DNA of 62,929 nucleotides, the filler included, from Octopus bimaculoides (lineage: Eukaryota), in the NCBI RefSeq assembly GCF_001194135.2. It is 8 parts of 8 records of this genome, joined end to end, with 100 filler letters (N's around TTAATTAATTAA, not from the genome) between each part and the next. Parts side by side here need not be neighbours in the genome. Positions count along the whole stretch, not along the records: positions 38,081 to 41,237 come from NC_069005.1; positions 41,338 to 53,594 come from NC_068982.1; 6 more parts are not named here. One strand, 5' to 3'. Shown here piece after piece: positions 37,981 through 51,290 of the stretch (position 1 is the first letter of the stretch; every line of letters starts with the position of its first letter). Under the pieces are notes generated by a model. The model was given only the letters and a program-made list of their open reading frames with translations. It searched no databases and had not been told where the DNA came from. A program made the position numbers and the translations under genes.

Positions 37981-38271
37981 NNNNNNNNNNNNNNNNNNNN
38001 NNNNNNNNNNNNNNNNNNNNNNNNTTAATTAATTAANNNNNNNNNNNNNNNNNNNNNNNNNNNNNNNNNNNNNNNNNNNNCAGTATGAAAAAAACCTTTA
38101 TCGGTAAGACTATTTATCATTATAAATATACAGGGATTAGCAATTGAGTTGCTTCTCCAACATACTGAAAATTTAGAAATAGCAGTCAAAGAACTACTGA
38201 TTCCAAACTACAAATTTTCTCTAAAGTGGATGGCGATATTTATGGCACACATAGAACAAAAAACCGGAGGG

Positions 38272-38305
<34 letters not shown>

Positions 38306-38528
38306 GTATAGACATATATATATATACGTATAGAATGCATACACACACACACACATATGCATGTATGTATGTATGTATTGTATAGCATTTATTCCCTACA
38401 CTTGTTTCACCATTGAGGCTGTTTCGAAACCCTGTACTGGATGTTCTAAGTGCAATTGGTTACTTAATCACACCTGATCATCAGGTGAACACTTTATTGC
38501 ATTGTTTCAGAAATCATATGTGTGTACA

Positions 38529-38633
<105 letters not shown>

Positions 38634-38871
38634 GCACACACGAACATTGTTAAAACATCTGTTTTCCGGAGCCTTTGGTTCCTAAGTCTCTCCGGATCAC
38701 TGATTTTTCCGAACCAAGACGGGAGTGATCGACATGGTCAACACATTCCAGATTAAACAAATATTAAATTAATTTAAATAATTAACTAAAATACAGGTAT
38801 TTGTATAAAAGATATTTTTTCATGCTGAACTGTGCAAGGTATTAGTTTGTGCAATGTACCACTAAACAATT

Positions 38872-39200
38872 ACTGTTGGCACTCCGTCGGTTACGACGAC
38901 GAGGGTCCCAGCTGAGACGATCAACGGAACAGCTTGCTCGCGAAATCAACGTACGAGTGATTGAGCACTCCACAGACACGTGAACCCTTAACGTAGTTCT
39001 CGGGGAGATTCAGCGTGACACAGGGTGTGACAAGGCTGGTCCCTTTGATATACAGGTACTACTCATTTTTGCCAGCTGAGTGGACTGAAGCAACGTGAAA
39101 TAAAGTGTCTTGCTCAAGGACACAACGCGTCGCCGAGAATTGAACTCGCGACCTTACGATCGTGAGGCGAATACGCTGACCACTAAGCCACGCGCCTTCA
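38872..39200 (-). mobile_element. Full-length tRNA-derived SINE
   Basis: Minus-strand head gtgaaggcgcgTGGCTTAGTGGtcagcgtattcgcctcacgatcgtaaggtcgcgaGTTCAATTCtcgg with A and B boxes; body shared with 26220-26425. Confidence 0.82.
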
Positions 39201-39644
39201 CACTTGGGCAAAGTCTTCTTCTATCGCCCTGGGCCGACCAAAGCCTTCTGAGTGGATTTGGTAGATGGAAACTGAAAGAAGCCCATCGTACACACACACA
39301 CACACACACACATACACACACACATACACACAACGTAGGTTTATACACGTCCAGCTAAGGAAGTGTTAGCAGAATGTCAGCGTTGCGTTTTATGGGTGAG
39401 TAATGGGAGGTAAGGGTGGATGTTGAGGTTATGAGTACAATGAGGTGGGGTGGGTGCATGTATGTTTATATATATGTGCATGTATATGTACATATATATA
39501 TGTGCATATATATCTATGTCTATACACATATGTATGTATATGTGTGTGTGTATATATATATATATTTCTTTTTCTCCTTACTTTCCCCCTATATATACAT
39601 ATATATATATATATATATAATTTATGTATGTATATATATATATT

Positions 39645-39687
<43 letters not shown>

Positions 39688-40288
39688 NNNNNNNNNNNNN
39701 NNNNNNNNNNNNNNNNNNNNNNNNNNNNNNNNNNNNNNNNNNNNNNNNNNNNNNNNNNNNNNNNNNNNNNNNNNNNNNNNNNNNNNNNNNNNNNNNNNNN
39801 NNNNNNNNNNNNNNNNNNNNNNNNNNNNNNNNNNNNNNNNNNNNNNNNNNNNNNNNNNNNNNNNNNNNNNNNNNNNNNNNNNNNNNNNNNNNNNNNNNNN
39901 NNNNNNNNNNNNNNNNNNNNNNNNNNNNNNNNNNNNNNNNNNNNNNNNNNNNNNNNNNNNNNNNNNNNNNNNNNNNNNNNNNNNNNNNNNNNNNNNNNNN
40001 NNNNNNNNNNNNNNNNNNNNNNNNNNNNNNNNNNNNNNNNNNNNNNNNNNNNNNNNNNNNNNNNNNNNNNNNNNNNNNNNNNNNNNNNNNNNNNNNNNNN
40101 NNNNNNNNNNNNNNNNNNNNNNNNNNNNNNNNNNNNNNNNNNNNNNNNNNNNNNNNNNNNNNNNNNNNNNNNNNNNNNNNNNNNNNNNNNNNNNNNNNNN
40201 NNNNNNNNNNNNNNNNNNNNNNNNNNNNNNNNNNNNNNNNNNNNNNNNNNNNNNNNNNNNNNNNNNNNNNCCGGTCAGGGCTATAGAG

Positions 40289-40600
40289 CAGTAGTTCCCA
40301 AACCATTTCAGGCTGCCCCACCCCCTTGGTCCCCGGGCCACATTCCTAGCACCCTCTCACCCTCCCCACCACAAATATTGACCCCCCTTTCTGCAGCAAA
40401 TTCAAAACAACTGTATTTTACAAATAAAACTTAAACCTAATTAACCAATTAATATTTCTTTTTTTTTTTCTTTTTATTTTTTAATACATTTTCCACCCGA
40501 TTTTGGTCACCCCATTATCATCCCGCTTTTCTTCAACACCCCTCCTGGATCTTTCTACTGCCCCGCAAGGGGGCAGTACTGTCCACTTTGGGAACCACTG
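40289..40600. mobile_element. hAT-type MITE (312 bp) inserted in a SINE
   Basis: TIRs CAGTAGTTCCCAAA and TTTGGGAACCACTG; flanks CTATAGAG and CTATAGGC (6/8 match). The flanking sequence reconstitutes the SINE segment seen uninterrupted at ~28920-28990. Confidence 0.8.
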
Positions 40601-41356
40601 CTATAGGCACTTGCCCAAAGTGTTGCGTAGTGGGATTGAACCCATGCTTCTCAGTTTATATACTTTACGTACACATGCACATGCGAGCAAAGTAGGATGC
40701 TTCAGCGTGATCGCTCGACATGCTGGAAATAACGGCCAAACTTCCCTTAAATCACATCCCAGCGTCTTACATAAAGAAGGACACCTTCATTGGTCAATCC
40801 TTGGCATATAAGAAGATTGGACGGTCCAGCCTGAAGCGCTTTTGATTATATGCCAAACTGGGCCTAGACAAAAACGCCACCACCACCACCACGTCCAACA
40901 ACAGCAACAACAACAACAACAACAATAACAGTAGAGGTGGCGGTGGCGGTGGTATGGGTGTGGTGACGTCGGTGGTGGCAGAGGAAGTCGAGGTTAGCTG
41001 TCAAACAGGCAGTAAATCTCTCTCTCTCTCTCCCCCTCTCTCTCTACGTCTCTCTTTGTCTATCTCTCTCTGTCTTTCTCACAATCTCTGTCTGTCTCCC
41101 CCTCCCCTCCCCCCTCTCTCTCTAATCACCTTTCACACACCAAACCTCCACTAAAAATGACAACAGACTTGTTAGAGCCTCTGGTTTGATTGTTAAGACT
41201 CTTTAGCGTTAATTAAATCAAGTCACTTGTTTACCGGNNNNNNNNNNNNNNNNNNNNNNNNNNNNNNNNNNNNNNNNNNNNTTAATTAATTAANNNNNNN
41301 NNNNNNNNNNNNNNNNNNNNNNNNNNNNNNNNNNNNNTATATATATATATATATAA

Positions 41357-41392
<36 letters not shown>

Positions 41393-41944
41393 GCTGGGCT
41401 CTGTTTGTATATATATATATGTGTTTGTATGTATAGTTTCATATACTTTACTTTCGTACGCATGAATACCACGTCGGTGCGTGAGAGAGAGAGAGAGTGA
41501 CAAAGAAAGGAAGAAAGAAAGAAAGAAAGAAAGAAGGAAATAAAGAAAGAAAGAAACAGATAGCGGGAGAGAGCGAGAGACGGAGTGGGAGAGAAAGAGA
41601 GCATGTATGAATGTGTGTGGTTTGGATGGATGAGCGTATTGGAACATCGATATAGAATCCGCTTGACATACATAAAATCTAGTATACGAATCATGTTTTC
41701 TACAATAACTGTAATCATCAAAAGAGAAGGAAGTAGCCTCCACATTGGTCAATTTGAATAATAGAAATAGCAGCCAAATGACTTTCGAATTACAGACTCT
41801 GTTGCTTTGGAGTTAGGTCTTGAGATGTACAAAATGTGTTGTCACGGAAGAAATCCTTTTGATCATAATTCTTGTTGCAGTTGTATTTGTTTCTAAGCGA
41901 CACCATGAACAAATTTTGAAGAACAGTCCAATGGGGTAATAAGT

Positions 41945-42085
41945 TTGCTTTCCGGTCATATGCTTTCGGGTTCAGTCTCACTGCATAGCACCTTGGGCAA
42001 GTGTTTTCTTCTATAACATCGAGCCGATTAAATCATGAAAGCCTTGTGAGTGGTTTTGTTAGACGGAAACTGAAAGATGCTCGAG
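41945..42085 (+). mobile_element. SINE 5'/middle fragment
   Basis: gggttcagtctcactgcatagcaccttgggcaagtgttttcttctata..gccttgtgagtgg..gacggaaactgaaaga. Confidence 0.7.
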
Positions 42086-42593
42086 TGTATTGTGTATGTA
42101 TATATATATATGTATATATATANNNNNNNNNNNNNNNNNNNNNNNNNNNNNNNNNNNNNNNNNNNNNNNNNNNNNNNNNNNNNNNNNNNNNNNNNNNNNN
42201 NNNNNNNNNNNNNNNNNNNNNNNNNNNNNNNNNNNNNNNNNNNNNNNNNNNNNNNNNNNNNNNNNNNNNNNNNNNNNNNNNNNNNNNNNNNNNNNNNNNN
42301 NNNNNNNNNNNNNNNNNNNNNNNNNNNNNNNNNNNNNNNNNNNNNNNNNNNNNNNNNNNNNNNNNNNNNNNNNNNNNNNNNNNNNNNNNNNNNNNNNNNN
42401 NNNNNNNNNNNNNNNNNNNNNNNNNNNNNNNNNNNNNNNNNNNNNNNNNNNNNNNNNNNNNNNNNNNNNNNNNNNNNNNNNNNNNNNNNNNNNNNNNNNN
42501 NNNNNNNNNNNNNNNNNNNNNNNNNNNNNNNNNNNNNNNNNNNNNNNNNNNNNNNNNNNNNNNNNNNNNNNNNNNNNNNNNNNNNNNNNNNNN

Positions 42594-42630
<37 letters not shown>

Positions 42631-43879
42631 AGAGTAAGCAAATATATGTGAAACAATGTAGGAAAAATAGTGCTCGAATACCGGAGGTAGAGTAATATAC
42701 TTTATCAATAAAGCTGCAAAGACATCACAACATCTGTTACTCAAAGTTCCACGTTCTCGTTCGTCGGGAACTTGAACTTGAAACAGATTTTGTTATATCT
42801 TCGTAGCTTTATTAATAAATCATATATATATATATATATATATATACGTAACGTACGTATATATGTGTGTGTTTGTTTCTGTGCATCTATCTTTGCATAT
42901 GTAGTACCATGCTTAAAATCTACTGGGGTCGATTGGTTAGGCTACAAACTCATCAAAGCGGTGCACCAGCATGGCCACAGTCTAATGAGTGAAACAAATA
43001 AAAGAGGAAAGATAACAACAACAACACCAATAAATTGTTCCACGGCAACGACTACAGCTACCACAAAAAAGAAATATGAGTGACATCACTTTTGAAATTT
43101 GTAAGGAACGTCCTGATATACGCGTAAAATATGCAATACACGCTTGACTAACCAAAGTTTTCCTCAAAAGCAACAGTTGCACAGCATCTCAGAAAATAAA
43201 TAGAATTTATACACGCACACATCAGTAACGAAAAGAAGGTGTGTAATCAACTCTGCATTCTATATGAAAACGTTGTTTAATCGAAAGTTTAACATTGGTG
43301 GTCAGAAACTGTCAAAACAGCTGAACGCATGAAGTCTTTAGAAAAGAAGCCTCACGCAGGCGAGTTTTTCTTCCCTTAACATGTTACACTCTAAGAGGGC
43401 CGGGTTGCATTCAGATAACGACTCCTTGGTGCTCGTTTCCTCCTGACACTTTTTAGCCACTTTTATGTGGGAAACTCGTGGGTTTGAATGTTAACAACAA
43501 TTTTATGCAGCATTGTATTAATTCTTTCTCGCAGTTTAGATATCACTCTCATAGCTGCCATATTTGTTCGGTGGTATGCGAACGAGATGTCATACAAGAA
43601 AACATTGTATAAAGACAAAGGATTGATTGAACATGTGAAAGGAATTAATCACTCCCGGATTGTATTAATGCTTATTTCCCTTGTGATTTATGCTTTGGAA
43701 ATCGTGGGCGAATTCGAAATGTAGAATACGTAAGGAAACAGGAATGGAAGTGTCACCGTTATTCAATTTTGGAATAATTAATTGGTATTCTGCCTGAAGA
43801 TAATTACTACAGTACTTATATGCACGCACATACATATGTGCCAGGGCATCTTATGCACGTAGTGAGCAGCACACATATA

Positions 43880-44101
43880 TTAGGTTGGTGCATAATTATA
43901 GCAGCTTTTTTCAATAAATTTTATTCAACAAAAAATTTAAACAAAACGCCATTTGAAATAAAACGCCAAGGAAATATTGAAGTAGATGGTGAATATTCAG
44001 CGGAATAATGATTTAAAGATGTTTTTGTTAAATGTTATTATTGTTTTTGTTGAATATAATTTATTGGAAAAAAAAACCGCATTAACTATGCATCAATCTA
44101 A
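43880..44101. mobile_element. Mariner-type MITE (222 bp) with TA TSD
   Basis: TIRs TTAGGTTGGTGCATAATTA and TAACTATGCATCAATCTAA; TA at 43878-43879 and 44102-44103. Confidence 0.82.
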
Positions 44102-45445
44102 TATTTTAATGAGTGGATTGAAAATTTCGAAGGAGTTGTACCAGAAGGTACCATGTGTGTATAGTTGTAAAATTGCACATGTTTATAATCTCACATTGAT
44201 ATTGGTTTCTATACGTGAATTAGCAAAACTCATGTAAGAATTGACAATATGTGCTTAATTATAAATAGAGCTTAAACACCGAGTATGATATAAAAAATAC
44301 AAACTATAAGTGCGAAATATATGTAAAACAAATGGAATAGAACACATCCAACATAAATCAACATAATTAATACTATAATCCTAATGAATGGGTAGAGCCT
44401 GAGTACAATTCTTTCCGGCGTTTAGTTAATTATCATTCTATTCTGAGCCCAATCAGGCTGACGTTAAATTTGCTTTAACCCTACAGGAATAAATGAAATA
44501 GTTTACTTTCAATCACTTTCAATCATATTCATACAGATCATATCTAAAATACATGCATGCTATTGGAAGGTACAACAACGATTTTCAATTTCAAATTTAT
44601 TACGTTATATGTAACTTAGCAAAGAAGATATGCATGTAAGCATGTAACATGATGTCACTCAATAATGTATGTAAGCATACATGATGTGAAACGGCTTTAA
44701 TACTTCTGTGTATTACTGAAAAATCTATCCCGTTTTCTTCAATAATTTCTTGTATTTCATCACGCTCCATATGCACAGAAATTTTAATGCATATTTCATT
44801 AGTAGATAAAGGTTAATTGCATATGTTTCCGTTCTCCTTCAGATAAACATTTAGAAATATTTTGATATTACATGGAAACAATTCATGACAAGTCCTGTTA
44901 CATATTTGAATATGTTACATTGAAATCCGAACATATTTTTCTGTCGTATTTATTACTGAGGAGACGAAATTCAGGACTGAAAATAATTATTTGTCGGTCT
45001 TTGATACAGCAATCTTGAGCTTCATAACTAACCTGAATGTATGTAATTGGTTATTCTCGACTAAGTAGGCTCCAGAGCCAGCTGACGGTGGGAAATGGAG
45101 ACGCATTTACGGTTACGACTAACTTAATAACTATATATTATATTCAAATTGATATATTTTTGTACCGTACTTTAAAAACAAAAAAAGGAAAAGAACTAAG
45201 AAAATCATGTAAAGCTTTTTCTTGAATATGTCCTTACGGCCTTTCTTGACAAACACACAGACACACACACACACACACATACACACACACACATACACAT
45301 ACTCACACACACACACACACACACACACATACAAACGTGCATTTCTATATATATTCGTATGTACATATGTATGCAAGTATGTATTCATATATCAATCTAT
45401 CTCTCTTTCTCTCTCTCACTGTTTCTCCTTCTCTTTCTCTCTGTG

Positions 45446-45490
<45 letters not shown>

Positions 45491-45539
45491 NNNNNNNNNN
45501 NNNNNNNNNNNNNNNNNNNNNNNNNNNNNNNNNNNNNNN

Positions 45540-45581
<42 letters not shown>

Positions 45582-46332
45582 ATCTCATCATTGATAATGT
45601 TATATATAATATTCAGGAATATTGAATGAATACAATCACTTTCTTTCTTATAAAGCATATTTGTTCTATATTCCTAAGATATCAGGCTATTGTGTAGATA
45701 CCATTATTTTCCTCTAGCACAACGTAATGTGCAAGATTTAACGATTTCAAGAAGCATTACCAAAACATCTTTCATAGAATAAACACACGTGAGATATAAT
45801 GCGCATAAAATAAAATTAGTAATGCTATGAAGAATTATTTGCACGAAGAGATGAATTATGTATGACAAATAGATGACGATTCGCTAGTATAGAATAAACC
45901 AAGTTATATATATATCCAAAGAATGGAATCGATCAATCCATATTTGTGCTAAGTGTCTTGGAACCGAGTCAAGTGAAGCATCAAAATGGATTCCCATTGG
46001 AATGAAATGAACATATCGTCTAGCGCGAACTTTTCTTTATTGAAAATGATTGTTTAACTTGGCCCTATCAATACTTGGACATTTCTCCCAAGAGTTTGAT
46101 CACCTGAAAAGTGTTCTAGCGTTACCAATATAGATTTTCGATTATTATTTCTGATTCCTTTCAAACTCATATATATGTATGCATGTATATATTTACGCAT
46201 GTGTTTGCGTGTGTATGTATTTACATATAAGATTTATCTGTATGTATGCGTGCAATTGTCACCCATGTAATGTCCAAACGTATCCAATTATTGTTGCTAC
46301 GACTAACACTGTTTGTCTATCTTCCCACTTAC

Positions 46333-46382
<50 letters not shown>

Positions 46383-47129
46383 ACTTTTGTGAAATGCAGT
46401 TAACAAATGATAAATCTTAATGATGAGGAGTTTTTTTCTTACAAACAGCTACTGAATGAATTTGTCATTTTTTTTTTTAATATGCTCTTCAATTCAAATT
46501 GACATCAATAAAATTTGATGTTTACTTCGAATTAATATTTATCGTTTTTATAACTGATATATTTAAAGTTTAATAATTTGTGGAGGATGTAGATTTGCTT
46601 TATATTCCAACCTACTGTGTCTGGGAAAGACATTAATGAAACATCCTTATCAGTAGCAGTTTGATTACTACAGAGAAATTATTGGAAGAACCCTCCTAAA
46701 ATTTGTTATTTTAGATATAAATAATTAAGCGAATGCCTAAATATTTAAAATCTACGGACTAAGACGGAAGGAAACACTTTTTATTGCATTTATTCAGAGG
46801 GATAAAGACGGTTTTTCTTTAGACAAAGAGAAGCTAACATCCTTGTTACAGAAACCATAAATGTTTGTCAGTTTCGTTGGCACCACAATATCTCTAGATT
46901 GTTGTTCCGTGCCTATCTTCTGGCTTTCATTTTCCAAAGTATATAGTGTCAGGACTACATGTGAAGACATTTTATTTCTCTTTTCTTCAGGCAAAGCTTA
47001 ATGCGTTGGTGAACAGTCAACGTCATTCAAAAGCAGAAAGACTAACGTTCTAGTTGAGAAACGATTAGCTGACATGGAATAGTCGAAGCCATCAGAACAC
47101 TGGAAACATACACTTATATACTAATGATT

Positions 47130-47590
47130 TGCACCGGGTCATAGAATGCTGTCTTTGGGTGTGTTTCCATACCACTCTACTTTCTTGAACAAGGACTTAG
47201 GTTCAATCAGGCGGTTAAATGTAGCTTTTGGAGACTTTGATCAAACTGTGGGTGGAGAGAAATGCTGTCAGATCTTCGTAAATACTGCAGCAAGATGCGG
47301 TTCCGTGACATACCACAGGGAAAGTGTCAGAATTGGTTGTCTTAGAATTTCTACGACTTCACCATCCCCTACTTCTGGCTTTCTAATTTTCCAGATTTAA
47401 TCCCTCCGGTTACAGTGTGGTGGGCACGGTTGAGAAAGACACCAAGCAATCTGCTTGCAACACCAAGGCCGAGTTGGTTGCTAAGATCAAGGAGGTTTTC
47501 GAAGGCCTTTCATGGACAGTGCAAGGAACACATTTGCCAGGTTCTAGAGCAACCTTGAGGCCGTAGTGGAAGCTAAGGGGAGTAAACGTT
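47130..47590 (+). mobile_element. Tc1/mariner (DD37D/maT-like) transposase C-terminal remnant
   Basis: QQDAVP*HT..QNWLS*NFYDF..(WPPNSPDLNP-like)..VEKDTK..ACNTKAELVAKIKEVFE. Confidence 0.75.
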
Positions 47591-48736
47591 TATCTCCTAG
47601 CCATAATCCAGTTTTTAAAATATTTCAAATTTTGAATGGGATGTATTTTCTGTTTATTCATGCAAACTATCAATTTAGACCGAACAGTGTAGTTGTTATT
47701 GCTTATTTTATTCCCAAGTAATTCTACAACAAACATACATATCTCAAAGATGTGCCGACTTTGATCATCCAATCTATAGTCTTCTCTTTGTACACCATTT
47801 TATAATATGGTACGATATAGGGTATGATATAAATGCGCGAAAGACATACATAGTATAAAAAAAACAGACCTCTGGTTTTGATTATTTTTTTTTAATCCGT
47901 TAGAAATATTTGTGTAATTTAAACTTAACTAAGGATTTAATCGTTAGGGTCAACTATTTCAAACTATCATTGATATCTGTTTGATATGGTGTTTGTTCAC
48001 GTCTACCAGTAATTCGAATAGAATAACTTACTCTGTTTATACGCCTCTGTGTATTGAGTGGACATTGGCGTACAGTGTTACTATTCAAGTATTCAACCTA
48101 AACACATTTGTTGAATTTACATCATAAAATATTCCTCCCAAACCTGCTAAAACCTGACCTTCAGCACAGCAAATACTATTTAGAAAACTCCCAAATGTAA
48201 ATCGAAGAATATCTACAAATTTGGATTTCTTTCTGAGATTTTGAAGCTGCACAGAAAATATACTTGTGTATTTGTATTTAACTTTAAAGTTAACGCAACT
48301 TAAATGTTAAGTTAAAACCAAAGACAACTTTAAATTAACCAGGCGTTTAGACATTTGTCACTGTCTGTGATAAACAATAGTTTTGTACAATAAAATCTTT
48401 CGATAAATTCTTTTGTTCTGTTCAACAAGGAATATTACTTAGTTTCTTAACGAGTAAATAATTGTAAGATGTTTTCAAAGAAAGACATTTTCAGACAAAC
48501 CGTCATTGGAAATTTACATGGAAACGGAACAAACATAGAAGATTTTATGAGAAGCAGAGAAATAAGATTCAATTAATAGTGAAAAATTAAGTCTAATTAA
48601 GTATTAGCAATAGCCGCTAACTTAACAAAGAAATTATCTTGAGTTCCATCACGCGGAGAAACCGTGCAGGAAATTGTAATTAGGTGACCACGAACGATCA
48701 ATGGTATGTAAATATTCAGAAATTTCGGTAATTACA

Positions 48737-48814
<78 letters not shown>

Positions 48815-49642
48815 GTGTGTGTGTCTGTGTGTGTGTGTGTGCGTGCGCATGTGTGCGTGTGTTTGTGTGTGTGTGTGCATATATATATAAAGATATATAT
48901 ATACATACAAGATAGGGTAATATGAAAGCGTTAAAGCGTGTGGGCGGAAGCGTGTATGTATGTATGTATGTACATGCGAATATGAAATATACATGTATAC
49001 GAGTATGTGCACACACACACATACACACACACGCATACACACCCACGCACGCGCACACACACACATACACACACACGCATACACACACACACACATACAC
49101 ACACGCATACACACACACACGCATACATACACACGCATACACAAACGCATGCATGTATATAATGTAGTAGAATTAATCGAGTACTTGTGGCAAATCGTAG
49201 TGTATTAATTTCTGGTATAGACACGGCACGTATAGAGAACACAGGGCAATCAGATGACTTGATGATTGATGAATACATTTTATTAATCAATGCATCAAAT
49301 AGATTTTGTGATAGGATGACCAGTCCTATAGAACTCCGTTTCGAAAGCGACATACGTTGCTTATAATATTATAATCAAATTTATACATAAAAGAGGTCGC
49401 TGAGTACTGCAATTGTTTCCAAAAAGCACATTCAATGTATCTTATTTAACATTTCTAATATCCGTAATTGTCCAGTGTGTTTTCTCCTCAGACACGTTCA
49501 CTTTTTACTAAATGAAACTAATGCACCTGTGTGATTTTTCAACTCAATTGCAGCACTCAGCGACTTCTTACATCCTTCATATGCATACTTACATGCGTAC
49601 GTACCTAGGTACATAGATATACTTCACTTTATATATATATAA

Positions 49643-49677
<35 letters not shown>

Positions 49678-50199
49678 NNNNNNNNNNNNNNNNNNNNNNN
49701 NNNNNNNNNNNNNNNNNNNNNNNNNNNNNNNNNNNNNNNNNNNNNNNNNNNNNNNNNNNNNNNNNNNNNNNNNNNNNNNNNNNNNNNNNNNNNNNNNNNN
49801 NNNNNNNNNNNNNNNNNNNNNNNNNNNNNNNNNNNNNNNNNNNNNNNNNNNNNNNNNNNNNNNNNNNNNNNNNNNNNNNNNNNNNNNNNNNNNNNNNNNN
49901 NNNNNNNNNNNNNNNNNNNNNNNNNNNNNNNNNNNNNNNNNNNNNNNNNNNNNNNNNNNNNNNNNNNNNNTATATATATGCATATATGTAAGTATCTATG
50001 CATCTGACTATTTATGTATATATGAATCTGCATAATATGTAACTCAGATTTATTAAAATCTTCCTGCTGTCAGGAACTATTATATGTAGCTCATGGCTGC
50101 CATATATACGTATATGAATCAAACGTTTTGTTCGGATATTCACTAATAACTGTTGCCAACTTTTGTCTCCGTGTAATAACATTAATTTGATACAACTTG

Positions 50200-51290
50200 C
50201 TCAATCGTTGCTGAATTGTTCTTTCGATATTTTCATATATAATTTACAAACATTGTTCATTCTTTATTGTACAGCTTTGAAAATGAGTGTGGAAATTTCA
50301 GTTGGAACTATTTTATGCTACTTGTGGAAAAATGGGTTGAGTGCGAAGGTAGCAGAAAAGAAATTATTGTTGTGAAAGGCTCAGGAACTCTCAAGGAACA
50401 AAACTGCTTCAGAGGTTTCGAGGTAGGTGATACTAGCCTCGAAGTCGATCCTAGGTCACGGAAACATTCGGAAGATGAGTTTTTGTTTGAAATGTTTGAC
50501 AAACGGCCAAGTACAGGCACACATGTACACACGGTAGAACTTGGACCTTAACAACGCATCGTGAATTGATATCTCCATAAGCTCGTGCTTTGAACAGACA
50601 GCTTTTCTTGAACAGACGAATCACCAGGCCCCAACGACGTGTTAACATTTGCAAACAAATTCATTAATATCCTCAAGATTCCAGTTTGGGGCATCGAATT
50701 GCAATTTGGAAATAATAAAATGGATCTATTTTCGTAAACCTAATATGAGAAAGTAGAGGTTTCCTTCGGGTCAGACTTCAGAATCTGGTTTCAAATAAAG
50801 GTGCTTTGAAGAAAAGGCCATGCTGTGTGTTTGGTGGAATTTCAAGGATGTGTTTCACTTTGAGTTTACTGCAGATGACCATGCTCTAAATGTTAACCAT
50901 TATGCTCAACGCATGCAACGATTATAAGCCGCTTCGAAAGCACGCTACACGGAATTGATTGATCGAAGATACGTACTCCAAAATCATGATAATGCTCCAG
51001 CTCACAATGTGACCAAGCACAAACTTGTGAAACTTGAGGAGCTGGAATTACTGAGCAACTCTGCCTACATTCCAGCGCTTACACTATCAGATTACTATCT
51101 TTTCCGAGCCATGGCTTATTCCTTGAACTGACTGAGGTTCATCAATATAGATGATATTAACAATGGTAGCAGTGAATATTTTAACTCTAATCAAGCCAAA
51201 TGGTATATGAATGGAACTCAGTTTCTGGCACAACCATGGCAATAGTCAAAGCAGTTTCATGCAACATATTTGGATGAGTAAATGCTTTTC
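50200..51290 (+). mobile_element. Decayed mariner (DD34D) transposase
   Basis: ILCYLWKNGLSA; FRGFEVGDTSLEVDPRS; KAMLCVWWNFKDVFHFE; HDNAPAH; AYIPAL..SDYYLFRAMA. Confidence 0.8.

Noticed and set aside
39125-39200. tRNA-like sequence with A and B boxes on the minus strand
   Set aside because: It lacks a proper acceptor stem and continues into a SINE body repeated at 26220, so it is a SINE head and not a tRNA gene.
43488-43724. Hydrophobic + strand ORF as a possible later claudin exon
   Set aside because: No second ECL1 Cys or GWS-type motif, and no convincing splice sites in a compatible phase.
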